DNA of 64,000 bases from an uncultured Planctomycetota bacterium. GTDB taxonomy: Bacteria > Planctomycetota > PLA2 > JAEUHO01. Position 1 is the stretch's first letter. Every line of letters begins with the position of its first letter. Where the stretch lies: NCBI GenBank assembly GCA_963752285.1, contig CAVVXN010000001.1:512001-576000 (forward strand), read 5' to 3'. Positions 62,687-64,000 of this stretch are shown piece after piece. A model generated the notes under the pieces. That model saw only the letters and a list, made by a program, of their open reading frames with translations, was not told the DNA's origin and did not search any database. The translations under genes were made by a program, and so were the position numbers.

Positions 62687-64000
62687 ATGCGGATCGCCCG
62701 CCTCCTCCTCGTCCTCCTCCCCCCCCTGCTCGTCGGCGGCTGCGGGGACGACGCCGCGAAGCCCTTCCCGGGCTACGACGCCAACGGCCGGCCCCTCGCT
62801 CCCGTCGCGCGCCCTGCCGACCCGCCGAACCTCGTCGTGATGGTGATCGACTCGCTACGCCACGACGCGTTCGAGCCCCGCGGCACGGACGGGGGCTCGT
62901 CGCCCGACGGCATTCCCATGCGGCAGGTCGCCTCCTGGGTCGAGGGGAGCGTCGACTTCACCGAGGCGACCGCCGACGCGACGTGGACCCTGCCGTCGGC
63001 GACTTCCATCCTGACGGGGCTCATGCCCAGCGAGCACGGGCTCGTCACCCAGATCGAGGGCCAGCGCCTCCTCAGCCAGATCACGACGTTCGCGGAGGTG
63101 CTGAGCGCCGGGTTCGACTACGACACCGCGGCCTTCGTGGACGGGCCCTGGTACGAGGGAGAGGGGCAGACGCTGCTCCAGGGCTTCCGGTCGATCAGCG
63201 AGAGCTTCTCGCTGCGGGGGATGGCCGGCGACGTGGACCGCTGGGCGCGGTTCCGGGACCCCACGAAGCCGTTCTTCCTCTTCTTCCACACGTACGAGGT
63301 GCACGCGCCGTACGGCTCCGGGAACCACCCGTGGCCGACCCAGAAGCTCTCGGGCGGGGTCCTCACCGAGGAACGGGTCCGCGCGCTCTCGCCGCGCGAC
63401 CAGTACCGGATCATGGACCTTCGCCGCGAGGCCATCCAGGACGTGGACGCGGTGCTCGGCGGCGACGAGGCGATGGCCCGCTACCGGCGCTACGCCTACG
63501 AGGGCTTCGCCGAGCATCCCGATCCGGCGCTCGCACAGGAGCTCTCCGACGCCTACTGGGAGGGCGTGCGCTGGGCGGACGCGATCGTGCGCGACGCGAT
63601 CGACAGCCTCCAGGCGCGGGGCCTCCTCCAGAACACCTTGCTCGTGCTCACGAGCGACCACGGCGAGTCGTTCGGCGAGCACGGAAGGCTCGGGCACGGC
63701 CTCCAGCTCCACGACGAGATCGCCCGCGTCCCCCTCGCGATGCGCGGGCCGCCCCCGTTCGACGAGCCCCGCCGCGTCACGAGCGCGGTCGCGCTCGTGG
63801 ACGTGCTCCCGACGTTCCTGGACCTCGCGAAGATCCCCGCGCTCCCCGGCATCGAGGGGCGCTCGGTGATCCCGGTGGTCGAGGGCCGGGCGACGCGGCC
63901 TCCCGTCCTCCTGGAAGAGCGGCTCGGACCCGACAACACCGGCACGCAGGTCCAGGCCCTGCTCCTCGGCGCCCGCACCGCGAGCTGGAAGTACGAGCTC
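62687..64000 (+). CDS. sulfatase-family lipoprotein, partial
   Basis: Manual translation: lipobox LVGG^C, NLVVMVIDSLRHD, WTLPSATSILTG, TSDHGESFGEHG..GHG; runs off the window end. Confidence 0.88.
   Translation, partial: MRIARLLLVLLPPLLVGGCGDDAAKPFPGYDANGRPLAPVARPADPPNLVVMVIDSLRHDAFEPRGTDGGSSPDGIPMRQVASWVEGSVDFTEATADATWTLPSATSILTGLMPSEHGLVTQIEGQRLLSQITTFAEVLSAGFDYDTAAFVDGPWYEGEGQTLLQGFRSISESFSLRGMAGDVDRWARFRDPTKPFFLFFHTYEVHAPYGSGNHPWPTQKLSGGVLTEERVRALSPRDQYRIMDLRREAIQDVDAVLGGDEAMARYRRYAYEGFAEHPDPALAQELSDAYWEGVRWADAIVRDAIDSLQARGLLQNTLLVLTSDHGESFGEHGRLGHGLQLHDEIARVPLAMRGPPPFDEPRRVTSAVALVDVLPTFLDLAKIPALPGIEGRSVIPVVEGRATRPPVLLEERLGPDNTGTQVQALLLGARTASWKYEL

Overview
Very GC-rich bacterial chromosomal window, densely coding. 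Gene content suggests a Planctomycetota- or Myxococcota-like organism (inference only). In order it contains: (1) a translationally coupled alpha-glucan/trehalose operon on the minus strand (glgX, frameshifted glgM/glgA, glgE, treS-maltokinase, glgB, treZ, partial malQ); (2) two divergent trypsin-like proteases, an orphan OppA-type binding protein, an esterase-parvulin fusion, a secreted CxxC protein and cystathionine beta-synthase; (3) a haem-c-motif sensor kinase and sigma54 regulator divergent from a HybA/HybB-like module lacking a catalytic subunit, with a visible -24/-12 promoter and tandem enhancer sites; (4) a Tad/Flp pilus locus with two CpaF ATPases (one FHA-fused), a membrane FHA protein, atypical pilins and no secretin, flanked by a cNMP-Ser/Thr kinase and a pseudokinase-Ig-FGE protein, reminiscent of the myxobacterial Kil predation apparatus; (5) a Rieske/cytochrome b/tetrahaem c operon headed by a GltD-like NAD(P)/FAD oxidoreductase with an unusual ~440-aa N-terminal TPR-type extension; (6) DUF4139 and GT1 genes; (7) an operon of a Cys-tailed secreted protein, a MacB-type ABC transporter and Acr3, with an ArsR-like operator and a convergent arsR; (8) an MFS transporter and a partial sulfatase. 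No rRNA, tRNA, CRISPR or IS elements were recognised. All calls are from motif reading; no searches were run.
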